A stretch of DNA of 58,751 bases from Eledone cirrhosa (taxonomy: Eukaryota). The notes beneath the pieces are model-generated. The model worked only from the letters and a program-made list of their open reading frames with translations. It made no database searches and had not been told where the DNA came from. Position numbers and translations under genes: made by a program. The stretch spans positions 1 through 58,751 of the forward strand of contig CAXHJY010001075.1 in NCBI GenBank assembly GCA_964016885.1, in the 5' to 3' direction. Positions 27,901 through 43,235 of this stretch are shown piece by piece (positions within the stretch are counted from its first letter, which is position 1; each line of letters opens with the position of its first letter).

Positions 27901-30767
27901 TATTGACAGCATCATTTCAGCAGAAATACCCGACCCAAAATTGGACAGAGAACTCCACAACATCGTCACTGCTCACATGGTTCATGAGCCATGCGGAAAC
28001 GGTTTCAACATGAATTTTCCATGCATTAAAGAAAGAAGGTGCACCAAGAGGTATCCTATGCCATTCCTCCAAGAAACTTAGACAGGTGGCGACGGTTATC
28101 CATTATACCGCCGCTGAGAGCCAGCGGACGGAGGAATTGTTGCGAAAACACCACATAACAACGTCGACAACCGGTAGATTGTACCCTACTGCCCACTTCT
28201 GCTTAAATTGTTTAACGCCCACATTAACGTTGAATACTGCCACTCCGTCAAATCGATAAAGTACGTCTGCAAGTATATCAATAAGGGGTCCGATGCTGCG
28301 TCCTCTGGTCTTACAATGGAGAACAACCAGGGTGAAGTAACTCGATGCCAGGTCGGCCGATACATCAGCAGCAATGAAGCGTTCTGGCGATTCTTCCACT
28401 TTGCAATACACCATAACTACCCCCCCCAATCAAACAGTTGGCAGTGCACCTTGAAAACGGTCAAAGAGTCTACTTCACCGCCTCCACCGCTGCTGAGATA
28501 GCAGAGGAACCCAAGGGCACCACACTTACGGCATTTTTTAAGTTATGCCGAAACGATCCCTTCGCCAAGACCATCTTCTACTCTCAGGTACCATCATACT
28601 ACACATGGAACACAGAAACAAATTTGGTTAAGAAGGGTGAAAGGACAACCCGTCGAGGGACGTCCAGACAGTAAAATGTCTCCTACCCGTGGGAAAGTGT
28701 ACACCATTCATCCTAACCAACAGGAATGCTTTTATCTCCGCCTTCTACTGCATGACGTGGTAGGACCGACCTCTTTCGACGATCTGAAAACAATCAACGG
28801 AGAGCTTTGTACTTCATTCCGCGCAGCCTGACTTAGACGGGGTCTACTGGAAGATGGCGCTCAGTGGGATGCGACATTGGCGAAGGCAGCTACAATACGC
28901 TCAGCGCGAAATATTCGCCAACTCTTTGCGGTGCTACTGCAGACATGCGAGTTAAGCGACCCTGCATCCTTATGGGACAAATATAAAGAGGGCCTTTCCG
29001 AGACTACATAAACCAAGGACAACTGCTACTCCCTCATTCCGACGTACGACTCAGCGACGAATTCTTCAACAAAGCTCTCATTGTATTGAGGACAAAATCC
29101 TAACTGCCGGCGGAAATGACCTTCCATTTTATGGACTGCCAAAAGTTCAGCCAACGGGCTCCGACAAACTTCCTACGGGCATAATTCAGGAAACTTCCTA
29201 AGACGTCCACGCCCTCGAACTGTTCCTCAACGAAAACGAGCCGAAATTGTTGCAGGACCAACGGCAGGCGTATTACACCATTTGCACTTCCATTCGTCAA
29301 CGCAGAGGAGGTATCTTCTTTTTGGAGGCTCCAGGAGTAACTGGTAAAACATTCGTCAATAAACTCCTCCTCGCTAAAGTGCGACAGCAGAAAGGAATCG
29401 CCCTGGCTGCGGCTTCTTCTGGCATTTCCGCAACTCAGCTGCCCGGCGTAGGACAGATCATTCCGCATTTAAACTGCCATTCAACACGACTTCAGACGAC
29501 ACAATAACCTGCAACATCACTAAGGACTCTGACAAAGCTGAAGTCTTGAAAAGATGCCACATAATTGTGTGGGACGAATGCACAATGGCCCATAAGGGGT
29601 CACTTTAGGCGTTAGACAGGTCCCTACGAGACGTCAGGGAATGCAATCGGCCGATGGGAGGAGTACCTCTACTGCTGTCTGGCGATTTTCGACTAACTCT
29701 TCAAGTTTTTCCAAAAGCCAGCAGGGTCGACACTGTGGGAGCTTGCATTAAGTCATCTCCTCTGTGGCAGGAAGTGACAATCCTGACCCTCACAACAAAC
29801 ATGAGAGCCCAACTACTCGGCGACCACTCAGCAGCCGACTTCTCAAAGGACCTCTTAACATTTGGTGACGGCACTGCCCCTTCAGAGGGCAGCTGGAGAA
29901 ATGGCAGTCTCGCAAGTAGGCACCTTTGTCGACACTGTTGACGACCTCACAGCTTCTGTCTTTCCCGATATGGCGACCAACTACAAAAACACGGGTTGGC
30001 TATGCGATAGAGCCATATTGGCTCCCAAAAGTGACCTTCTGCAACGCATTCCTGCAAACCTCCGTACCTACAAATCTGTGGACAAAGTGGTGCACAGAGA
30101 TGAGGTTGACGATTTTACAACAGAATTCCTCAATTCCTTGGAACTCTCTGGACTGCCCCCTCATGAACTGCGAGTCAAAGTTGGGACTCCAGTCTTGCTA
30201 TTGAGGAACCTGAAACCACCACGTCTCTGCAACGTAACACGGTTAGTGGTAAGAAACCTCCTGCCGCAAGTAATTGAAGCCACAATTCTCACGGGCTGCG
30301 GCGCTGGAGAAAACGTCTTCATACCCGGAATACCATTAACTCCATCAGGTACGGAATGCCCCTGTACTCTGCGCCGACTTCAATTCCCCGTTAAACTTTG
30401 CTTCGCGATGTCAATCAACAAGTCCCAAGGCCAAACGCTATCAACGGCAAGCCTGCAGTTAGCCCAGCCGTACTTCTCACACGGCCAATTATACGTCGCA
30501 TGCTCAAGAGTGGGATGCAAGCAGAACTTATTTATACTTGCGCCCAAAGGCAGAACCCAAAATGTGGTCTACATAGTGGTGTTGTGACTCCTCTATTCAG
30601 CACACCTTCTGTCTTGCCGGTCTGACATATAGTGAGTAGATGCTATTGTGGTATATTTTCAAACTTACCCGTATTTACTTTCAATGCTTCAATATTCATA
30701 ATTTAGTGGAATCATTAAAAATACTTTAAAGCAATTAAACTCCGAGCAACGCCGGCAGTTCTGCTAG
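24969..30767 (+). mobile_element. Near full-length decayed Helitron (Rep-PIF1 helicase pseudogene ~25977-30587)
   Basis: C..C...KW......CC..GKV zinc motif, VEWQKRGLPHAHLLIWL, KYVCKYINKG, APGVTGKT, QFPVKLCFAMSINKSQGQT, FSHGQLYVACSRV; many stops and frameshifts; 3' hairpin ccgagcaacgccgg then CTAG/T at 30764-30767. Confidence 0.95.
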
Positions 30768-30770
30768 TAT

Positions 30771-30844
<74 letters not shown>

Positions 30845-31300
30845 TATTAACAAATGGAAACTATATTTATATAACCATATTTATTTTATTATATATATTT
30901 CAAGGGCAACCAAGGCAAATTATAGTGCGCTTTCATCAGATAAAATACAGATTTGTTTTATAAATAAATATTGACATACCCGGAAAACAGACAACCTTAA
31001 CGGTTGGAGCTTCCTGGATAGCTATCCAAGACGCTCCAACCGTTAAGGTTGTCTTTCTTCCGGGTGTGTCAATATTTATTTATAAAACAAATCTATAATT
31101 TATCTGATGAAAGCGCACCATAATTTGCCTTGGTTGCCCTTGAAATATATATAATAAAATAAATATGGTTTTATAAAAATAGTTTCCATTTATTAATATA
31201 TTGTGTATTTACTCCACTAATGTGTTGAGTGGCTTTATATCAGTTATAACAATGTTTAAGATTGTTGAATCACAACAAATTAAATATAACCTCACCATAT
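30845..31300. mobile_element. Fold-back PLE pseudo-LTR element with an HHR on each arm (30885-30944 -, 31099-31158 +)
   Basis: Palindrome centred on ggatagctatcc at ~31020; tttat-CTGATGA-aagcgcacca..tggttgccctt-GAAA-tatataTA-ataaa. Confidence 0.82.
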
Positions 31301-31357
31301 ATATACATATATATGTAAATTGTGTATAAAGGTTGATTGTTCTTATATATGATCAGC

Positions 31358-31391
<34 letters not shown>

Positions 31392-31564
31392 GTGAGGTTT
31401 TTTTTTACAAAATGAAAAATAACCGAGGTGTCGTACACGAGTGAAAGTATAAAGAAAAAGAGATGAAATCGAAAAATGCAACTGAAGTCTTATTTTAAAA
31501 AAAATAAGACTTCAGTTGCATTTTCGATTTCATCTCTTTTTCTTTATATATATATATATATATA

Positions 31565-31793
31565 ATACAGAACTAGAAATAGAAGCCAGGACTATCCATC
31601 ATCAGTGGTCTACTAGCCATCATAGGTATATCTTCTCATTATAGACCATATACCTCCGACTAGAATAACTAAATTAAGTTATTGGGATAAAAAGAGTTGG
31701 GTGTAGAAAGAGAGACAGGTAAACAAACACAAATCTATTTCTAATTCTCTATTATATATATCATATTTGCAACAACACAGCTCGCCATTTTTC

Positions 31794-31800
<7 letters not shown>
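31565..31800 (-). repeat. Repeat carrying the third variant of the permuted hammerhead-like motif (partial copy 10745-10795 +)
   Basis: Reverse complement: cggaggtatatggtctataatgagaagatatacctatgatggctagtagaccactgatgatggat. Confidence 0.7.
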
Positions 31801-31867
<67 letters not shown>

Positions 31868-32025
31868 ATAGGAGAAGAGTCAAGACCCCTGGGGTCCTAT
31901 TACCCACTCTACTACCCTAAGTAACGAGTACTCTGGTGTGTTATATATTCCACCTGGTTTCTTACCACACTTTCTTTGTACATATATATATATATATATA
32001 TATATACGTGTGTATAATGGTAGCT

Positions 32026-32126
<101 letters not shown>

Positions 32127-32559
32127 ATGTGTGTATATATGTGTGTGTGTGTATTTATCTATATACATATTAGTGTGTGTTCATTTGTTCGTCATTTTGG
32201 AGACTATCTATCTACGTATACTAAAACTTTCTCTCTTTCGACCCCACTTCTCCAATAGTAAATTCTATCTTTCCTGTTTTTTATCGATTTCATATTATTA
32301 ATGAACGCTATAAGAGGTTTGGTTCCGTTAGAAGTTGTACATATGCCATGTCTTCACTTTTAGACTTACACACCCCAAACTTCACCCATTTGACAGCTCT
32401 CTACCTTTCTCTCTTTTTTCATACGTCTTTGTGTATTTCGGCGAAAGCTCGCAAACAAAACCTTATTTCATCAGCCTCGGGTTATTACTTCCATTTAACA
32501 AGGTTTTACAAGGAGCATCTTATCAACATGTTCACACCGAGAATAACAATAATAATAAT

Positions 32560-33203
32560 AACAACTGTTTCTACTATAGGCACAAAGTCAGCAATTTGGT
32601 GGCAGGGGAAAGGCGATTAGTTTGACCTCAGTGCATTACTGGTACCTTATTTTATCGACCCGGTAAGGATGAAATGCAGAGTTAACCTCGGTGGTGTTTG
32701 AACTCACAGTGTATATGATCTTAACAAATACTGCAACGCTTTTGATCCAACGTTATAATAATTGTTTCTACTTTAGGCACAAGGCCAGCAATTACCCAGT
32801 GCATTACTGGTACTTTATTTCATCGACCCCGTAAGGATGAAAGGCAAAGTCAACCTCGGCAGGATTTGAACTCAGATCGTAAAGGGACGTAACTATGCTG
32901 GAAAGCATGGCGTCCGACCCTCTACCGATACTGCCAATCCAACGTTAAAATAATGCTGTCAGTCTGCCAGTATTGCAGGAATAATGGTTCCTTATATAGG
33001 CACAAGGCCAGCAATTTTGGGGAAAGGGGAAAGTCGATTAAACCAACCCCAGTGCGTCACTGGTACTTTATTTTATCGACCCCGTAAGGATGAAAGGCAA
33101 AGTTAACCTCGGCGGGATTTGAACTCAGATCATAAAGTGCCGAAACTCTATGCTGGAAAGCATAGCGTCCGACCCTCTACCGATACTGCCAATCCACCGC
33201 CCT
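32560..33203 (-). mobile_element. Cluster of three tRNA-derived SINE copies in tandem
   Basis: Reverse-complement head ggcggtggattggcagtatcggtag..gagttcaaatccc (A/B boxes); shared body ctttgcctttcatccttacggggtcgataaaataaagtaccag. Confidence 0.85.
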
Positions 33204-33967
33204 CAAGTCTCGAAGAAATAATAATAATAACGGCAATGATATGAGAGGGTATAGGTGGGATTTGATCGTATTAGATATTACAGAGTTTGCAGCAGAGAAG
33301 CTATATTGATTTTAATACAATGTATTTGCTCTTGGTCCTTTATAAACAAATATCTCTTGGAGAGAAGAGGAAGAAGAAGAAAGAAAGAAAGAAATAAAAA
33401 TGAGAAAGAAAGAAATGATTGGGAGAAGAAAGTGTGCGTGTTTGTTAATGTGTTTGTTATGTATGTGTGTGTGTATGTGTATGCGTGTGTGAAATTAAAT
33501 CTGAAACGTGCGATAGTCAGTTGGCTGGTCTTTCGGTTGGTTGTTCCGTTGGATAGTAAATAAATGTGTAAAATGAAGCGTATAATACGAGGTCAGAGCA
33601 TTCGAGGAGACCATACGAAGTATATGGCCGAAGGCTTTGTATTATGAGAAATACCCCAGCCATTCCTCCGTTTATACCTCCACTCCACCACTGGTCTAAG
33701 TAAATATCTTGATACGAGATGATGTTCTTGTGTACTTGAACCAGCAATATTCTTCATTTTCACCTGAAGAGTTGTATGTAATTCACCATGATATAAGTGA
33801 TCAGAGGTGGGAGAGAAGAGGAGGAAAAGAACAGAAGGAAAGAAAAGGTAGAATTGTAGCATCGTTGACTAGTGTTCAAGTGTTCCTCTTTTGAAATAAT
33901 ACATCATATATTGGGCTTGGCAGATTATTCCAATCACTATACGGTGGAATTCGTAACGATAAGGCAA

Positions 33968-34481
33968 ACGATGACGACGACGACGATGATGACGACGTTT
34001 TATCGATGCTGCTGATGATGATGATGATGTCGAGAAGGCTGATGATAATGATAATGATAATAATGGTTATAATGACGATGGTGATGATAATGATACTTAT
34101 GATGATGATGATATTGATGATGATGGTGACGATGGTGATGTCGTGAAGGATGATGATAATGATAATAATGGTTATTATGATGATGGTGATTATAATGATT
34201 ACGATGATGATGATGATGATGATGACGACGACGATAATGATGATGATGGCATTGAGGAGGTTGATGATGGTGATGTTGATGATGATAATGACGACGATTA
34301 TGATGATGTCGACGATTATGATGATGATGATAATAATGATGATGATGATGACGATGATAATGAAAATAATGATGAGTGATGCTCTTGATACTGACACTAA
34401 TGGCGTTGGTGAAAATGATGATAACGATAATGATAATGATGACGATGATACTGATGATGATGATGATTATGATGATGGTGG

Positions 34482-34516
<35 letters not shown>

Positions 34517-34987
34517 GTGATGATGAAAATAATGAGTGATGATCTTGATGATGCTGATAATGGCGATGATGAAAATGATGATAATGATAATGAAGATGAG
34601 GATGATAACGATAAGGACGACGATGATAATGATGACGAGAGATGAAGATGATGAAGAGTGATGATGATGAGGATGTTGATAATAATGCTGGTAATGGTGA
34701 TGGTGAAAATGATGATAATGATAATGATGAAGCTGGTGTTGATGAGGTAAACTATGACAGCAGTAATGAATATTATGGGGATGATAAAGATTATGATCAT
34801 AACGAAGTGGATGTTGATGAGAGTGATGAGGATAATGGCGATAATAATGTAGAAAAGGATCATAACAATGATGGTGATGATGAGGACGATGCGGTAATGA
34901 AGATGATGATGATGATAAACAAATATAATATCGATGCGGTGGATGGTCGTTATGTGATATTGATTGTGACGGAGGTGATGATGAGGT
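33968..34987. repeat. Degenerate (GAT)n trinucleotide tract
   Basis: GAT/GAC/AAT triplets. Confidence 0.95.
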
Positions 34988-35642
34988 GAAAGATGTGTAG
35001 AAGTTTGTAGAAGTTATATATACATACATATATGGTGGCTGCCAACTCGTTTTCGAGTACGGCCACTACTTTATATCCATGTAGGAGAACTCCTACCGAT
35101 GCGCTGAACAAGTGTGACTTTTTAGTCCAGCCAGCGACTTGAAAACTCTGGTAAAAAAGACTATACTTGTGACAATTATTGACACATAGTGCTGGGCCCA
35201 TGGTACCATGTGACGACAAGTGCAGAGAGATCTCCAGATATAAAGCAATGCCTGTGCCGTGAAGCTTTTATAGTGAGCAAAGGCACTGCACAAAGCCAGT
35301 CCCATTCTCTTAACCAAGATGATATTTACCAAAAAGAAGAATAAGTCAACATCATTGGGTACCATCAGGGTTGCAGGTGTTATATCATAGTTTTTCTTCT
35401 CCTATAATTCTGCCTTGACAAAGGCTAAGGGGTCATCTCTCCCGGTGATTTTGGATGGCCATTGACTCTTAAGCGTTCCTTTGCCCTTTGACAGGTTTTG
35501 TTTTTGTCCTGCAGGATGTCCAAAGTCACCTTCCTCACCAAGAAACCTTGATGTGGTTGCCAGTTTAGTCGACCATGAGACAGGTTGTACTGAGATACAT
35601 GTTACCAGTAGCACCAACTGGTGACCTGACATATATATACAT

Positions 35643-36345
<703 letters not shown>

Positions 36346-36455
36346 ATGTATATGTGTATATATATATATATACACATATACATATATATATATATATATG
36401 TGAATATATATATATATATATATAAATATATATATTTATTAAAATAACAGATTAA

Positions 36456-36506
36456 AGTTTAAGCAAAGAATCGCTGCTTTCACCCTTAACGGGATCTTCT
36501 GAAACT
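36456..36506 (-). ncRNA. Variant or degenerate HHR with CAGAAGA core
   Basis: Reverse complement: agttt-CAGAAGA-tccc(gttaa)gggt-GAAA-gca..tgcTT-aaact. Confidence 0.45.
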
Positions 36507-37190
36507 AACAAAGTCAATCTGTAAACGCAGAACTGGATATTTCAAAAAACGTTGCAACCGGAGGAAGACAGGAATACGATACTTTGGTTCGTGGAAACGT
36601 TCGCTGGCAAAGAACGAGAAAAAACGAATAATACGTCATTAATAGGAGCGGTGAAAAACAATTACGCGCAAAGACAGAACCACGTTTATAGTATAAAAGA
36701 GGTCGTAGACTAATGTTCTCTTAGGTGGTGCATAGAGACGTTCTCCGGCAATGAACGAAAAAACGAAGATAATAAGTCATATGTGGAGCGTGGAGAACAA
36801 TAGCACGCAAAGACAAAACCACGTAAATTGTATAGCAGAAGTTGTAGACTAAAATTCTAACTAGGAGACCAAATGAATCTCCGCTACAGAGTTAAGAACA
36901 AAGTAAATAAATACAATACAGAAGTAATAGAAAAAAATAAATACATACACGCAACAGATACGTACATACACAAGCATACGCAAAACCTTACCATAGGTAT
37001 ACAAAACCACGCACATATAAATATGTGTGTGTGTGTATGCTTGTGTACAAATAAATAAATAATTATATAAACGTATATAAGTAAATAAATACGTATATAA
37101 CAAGCGCACACACATACCTACAAATAAATACACGAATGTTCGGAGACGTAAGTCAACTAAAACAAGAAGTACACATATACACACACAAAT

Positions 37191-37727
<537 letters not shown>

Positions 37728-37849
37728 ATCTACCAAAACATACAGTAGTGTCCAATCCGTATGAAGAACTATATGTAATCTAAATATCATGTAAAGAGAA
37801 GATGTTTTCAAAGTTTTTTCGATGAAAAACACAGGAAATCAGTCAAGAT

Positions 37850-38134
37850 GAATTAATAAAAATAATGAATATAAACAAGGAAACAGTTCCTTATATTAAA
37901 AAATTCATCATTTTACGATCGTTTCTAGGATATATATGTGTGTGTTGGTATGTATATCATATATATCTACGTAAAAGTTTTACAAACTATCAGCACATGT
38001 ATGTGTAGGTATGTATATTCCCTCTGATAGTTTGTAAAACTTTTACATAGATCTATATGATATACATACCAACACACACATATATTTTTTAATATAAGGA
38101 ACTCTTTCTTTGTTTTTATTCATTATTTTTATTA

Positions 38135-38140
<6 letters not shown>
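37850..38140. repeat. Imperfect fold-back inverted repeat
   Basis: 37851-37993 is complementary to 38024-38138 apart from a ~27-bp indel. Confidence 0.8.
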
Positions 38141-38177
<37 letters not shown>

Positions 38178-38187
38178 CATACATATG

Positions 38188-38400
38188 AAGGCGAGTGGCT
38201 GAGTGGTTAGAGGATTGGATACAGCATCTTGAGGTAGTGAGTTCGATTCCTGAACCTGCCGATGCGTTATGTCCTTGGGCAACACACATTATTGCACGTT
38301 GTTCCTTCTACCTGGAGTTGCAACAGATAGGTAGTATTAGCAATTGGAAAGACCAACCGAAACATTGTTTCCTCTGTCCGATTTGACATCGATCGACTGA
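38188..38400 (+). mobile_element. tRNA-derived SINE (second family)
   Basis: ggcgagtggctgagtggttag (A box), gagttcgattcc (B box), gtccttgggcaacacac. Confidence 0.7.
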
Positions 38401-39205
38401 CATATTGTATATAAACATATATGTATTTATATATATGTGTGAGCATGTATATATATACTATATATAGTAACATGCACACACTTATATATATTCACATATA
38501 TATAAATGTGTGTGTGTGTGTGTGTTTGTGTGTATGTATATGTGTATGTGTGTGTGTGTGTGTGTGCGGGTGTGAGTGTGTGAGTATGTTTGTGTGTGTA
38601 CGTTCAAACACAAGCATATGATTTCATGTAACACCCCAAAATATACACAATTGGGCAATTACTGTGTTTGTATAGTTATGAAGTAAAAATCATTACATTT
38701 GTTATATTATGGGTTGGGTTGTTAGCGAGAACTATCCCATATTCCACAATATTTATAAGATAATATATGATATATCCAAATATCAGTCAGGAAAGACATT
38801 GCAAAAATCCTTTTGGACAAATTTAATAGAATGAACATTAAGATCGTTATATGAAACATTCAGACAACCACTGCTCATACTCTCAATACTAGTGGTTAGT
38901 ATGTATTTTCATATATATACATATATACAATATGTAGATTCAGAATTGTGTCAGTGAGTTTACCACTGTTCAAAAAGTTACTCAATACATTGGTTGAGTG
39001 TAGATGAGATTCCTACAGGACGACTAGACTTGTTTCATTCGTATGGCATCAGATATTGAACATGTAAGTTACAGTGGGAAGAAAGTGCATGCAATTTTCT
39101 AATCAGTATACCAAGGATTTAATTCTATATACACGCATACACACATGCTTTCATGTAAATATATATGCATATATATTGATCTATACATATACACATATAT
39201 GTACA

Positions 39206-39268
<63 letters not shown>

Positions 39269-39288
39269 TCTCTCACACACATACACAG

Positions 39289-39325
<37 letters not shown>

Positions 39326-39529
39326 CAGGAACGAGTAGGACCCCGACGGCTGAGCTCAAGTCGTTTCGACGTTTAATTCTGGACTAATTTTAGTCCAGAA
39401 TTAGCCGTCGAAACGGCTTGAGCTCAGCCGTCGGGGTCCTACTCTGTCCTATTACCCACTCTACTACCCTAAATATTGAGTACTTTGGTGCGTTATGGTC
39501 CACCTGGTTCTTTACCACATTATCTTCGT

Positions 39530-39579
<50 letters not shown>

Positions 39580-39582
<3 letters not shown>

Positions 39583-39960
39583 ATCAAGATTTAGCAAATA
39601 GAGAAAGAGTTTTAAAATAAATTTTAAAAAGTTTACTGTACTTACTATATGTACCCTTACCGCGCGGTTTCAAGTCTGAAAATAAATGGATAATCCATGT
39701 GGACCATCAATGAGAAAGAGACTCTCGTCAGAGGGTTCTTCTCACTCGGAGAATATAAAATTCCCGAGTTCAAATGACGAACTGGCGCCATAAGAACTGT
39801 TCCCGGATGAGAGTGTATGATAAAGAAACTATCTTGTCTAGTGCCGTGTGTAAAGATAGAAGACAAGGGCGGAAAGGTCAATGTCCTGCCACTAGAAATA
39901 GCAGCAGTTAAAACGACCAAAATGTTATCTCGACCTTAAGGGAGATTAATAATAATAAAA
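39580..39960 (-). mobile_element. Non-coding HHR-bearing repeat (deleted copy at ~5760-5930 +)
   Basis: Reverse-complement match to 5761-5870 and 5890-5930. Confidence 0.72.
39653..39736 (-). ncRNA. Type I HHR with an extended stem II loop
   Basis: Reverse complement: accct-CTGACGA-gagtct...agactt-GAAAC-cgcgcg-GTA-agggt. Confidence 0.78.
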
Positions 39961-40279
39961 TATGTTTTCCTACGTGCAAAAAAATGCATATATACAAGTA
40001 TTATCCAACCGTATGCCAATATGGTTCTTGTAAGTTGTGCATAAAGGTTGATTGTTCTCATATATGATCAAAATAGTGTCTACACTATCTGTTAGAATAT
40101 AATGTTGGGCTGTAATACAAAAATGTTTTATACAGTTTATGTTTATAACCCGAAATTGCGTCAGAATTTTTGTTTAAAAGACATTCGTTGGCGTAAAGGA
40201 TTTACGGTCCTTCAGCAACACAAATATTAGTGGTATATGGAATTAATGAAAACACTAGATAGTAAAATAATAAGGAACA

Positions 40280-40780
40280 AAATAATAATGTTTTCCGATA
40301 TAGGCACAAAGCCAAATATTTGTTGGGGGGGGGGGGGGGTGCAACTCCATTAAATGGACTCTGGAGCATTACTGTTTTGTTTTTTTTATTTTTATCGAGC
40401 CCCGTAAGGATGAAAGGCAAAGTTAGCCCCGGCCGTATTTGAATTCAGAATGTAAAGTGCCACAAACATAATAATAATTGTTTCTACTTTTGGCACAAGG
40501 CCAGCAATTATGCAGTGCATTACTGGTACTTTATTTTATCGACCCCGTAAGGATGAAATAAATAATAATGGATTCTGATTTATACACAAGGCCATCAATT
40601 TTGGGGAAGTTGATTAAATCGGCCCAAGTACGTTACTGGTACTTTATTTTATCGAGCCCCGTAAGGATGAAAGGCAAAGGTAACCTCGGCGTGATTTGAA
40701 CTCAGAGTGTAAAGGGTCGTAACTTTATGCTGCAAAGCATGGTATCTGACACTCTACTGATACTGCCAATCCACCGCCCT
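40280..40780 (-). mobile_element. Cluster of three tRNA-derived SINE copies
   Basis: Same family as 32560-33203; last copy ends gccaatccaccgccc. Confidence 0.85.
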
Positions 40781-40820
40781 AAACAAACTTAATAATAACA
40801 ATGTTATTACAAAAACAACA

Positions 40821-40910
<90 letters not shown>

Positions 40911-41972
40911 ATTAGTAGAAGTAGTAGTTGTACTGCTACTACCGCTACTAGTGTTGGCGCTTCTGTTTAGGATGATGATGATGTAACAGAATACCGAAAA
41001 TGGAATAAATAAATAACAGGAATGATATTCTATTTGCAATGATAAAATCAATATTAAAGATATCAATAAAAGAGCATGAGGTCATGAGGTGAAACTAGAT
41101 TTGTTTACAATTCGATCTGTTTGTAATACACTCGGCGAGCTGGAAAGTTTAGCAAGAAAAAGTGAACGCCGCATTAGTTATATCTCACCTAATTCACCTT
41201 AGACATTTATTTAATTATACACATATATACAGACACTGTTGGACTTCCATCGCTGTCGACGACGAGTGATACATAAATTCTGAAATAGAGCAACATGTTC
41301 GTGTAATCACTAGCAGAATATTATACTGCATGTTTAATATGTTTAATGTGAATCTCATGGATATCCAGCATTAAACGAGGGTGGAACAAGGCTACCTTTT
41401 TCAATTATAAAGGCAATTCATATTTTCCAGATGGTTAGACTGAAGCAACGCAAAATAAATTAGATTCGAACTTACGATCGTCAGCCGGAACATCTTAACC
41501 ACCTCCCTTATCGGGTTTACCACATCCACACATGTAAACAATACACATGTTGATACTCATGTACAAATACACCTATGGAATCAAAGAAACATACGCATTC
41601 ATTCACATGATAGATACGCATACACATACCCACATACTGACACACGTACATGCAGACACTCACACATACACACACACACGCGCGCGAGCACGCACACAAC
41701 ACACACACACACACATAAACACACACCACCACCACCCACCCACGCGCGCGCTCACACACTCACATACAACACACACACATAAACACACAAATTCAAGAGC
41801 CTATTTAACCTGAAGGGGATTCTTGGAAATGAGAACGTTCTGAGAGCATGGTTGCGCCACAGTGGTAAATTTCCTCTGTGCATGCATCTCCCCTCTCCGT
41901 CTCTCTCTATGAATATATATACACTATATATATATATACCCCCGCTCGCACACACACACACATACGCGCGCG

Positions 41973-43235
<1,263 letters not shown>

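Noticed and set aside
33876-35029. Poly-Asp/Met/His/Ile ORFs suggesting an acidic biomineralisation protein
   Set aside because: Degenerate (GAT)n tract with frame shifts and no unique coding sequence or signal peptide.
37905-37930. HHR on the minus strand (GAAAC-gatc-GTA)
   Set aside because: No CUGANGA half is found at a suitable position; at most a remnant.
38188-38260. tRNA genes at SINE heads (also 33120-33203 and 45905-45975)
   Set aside because: No complete cloverleaf; the heads continue into SINE body sequence.
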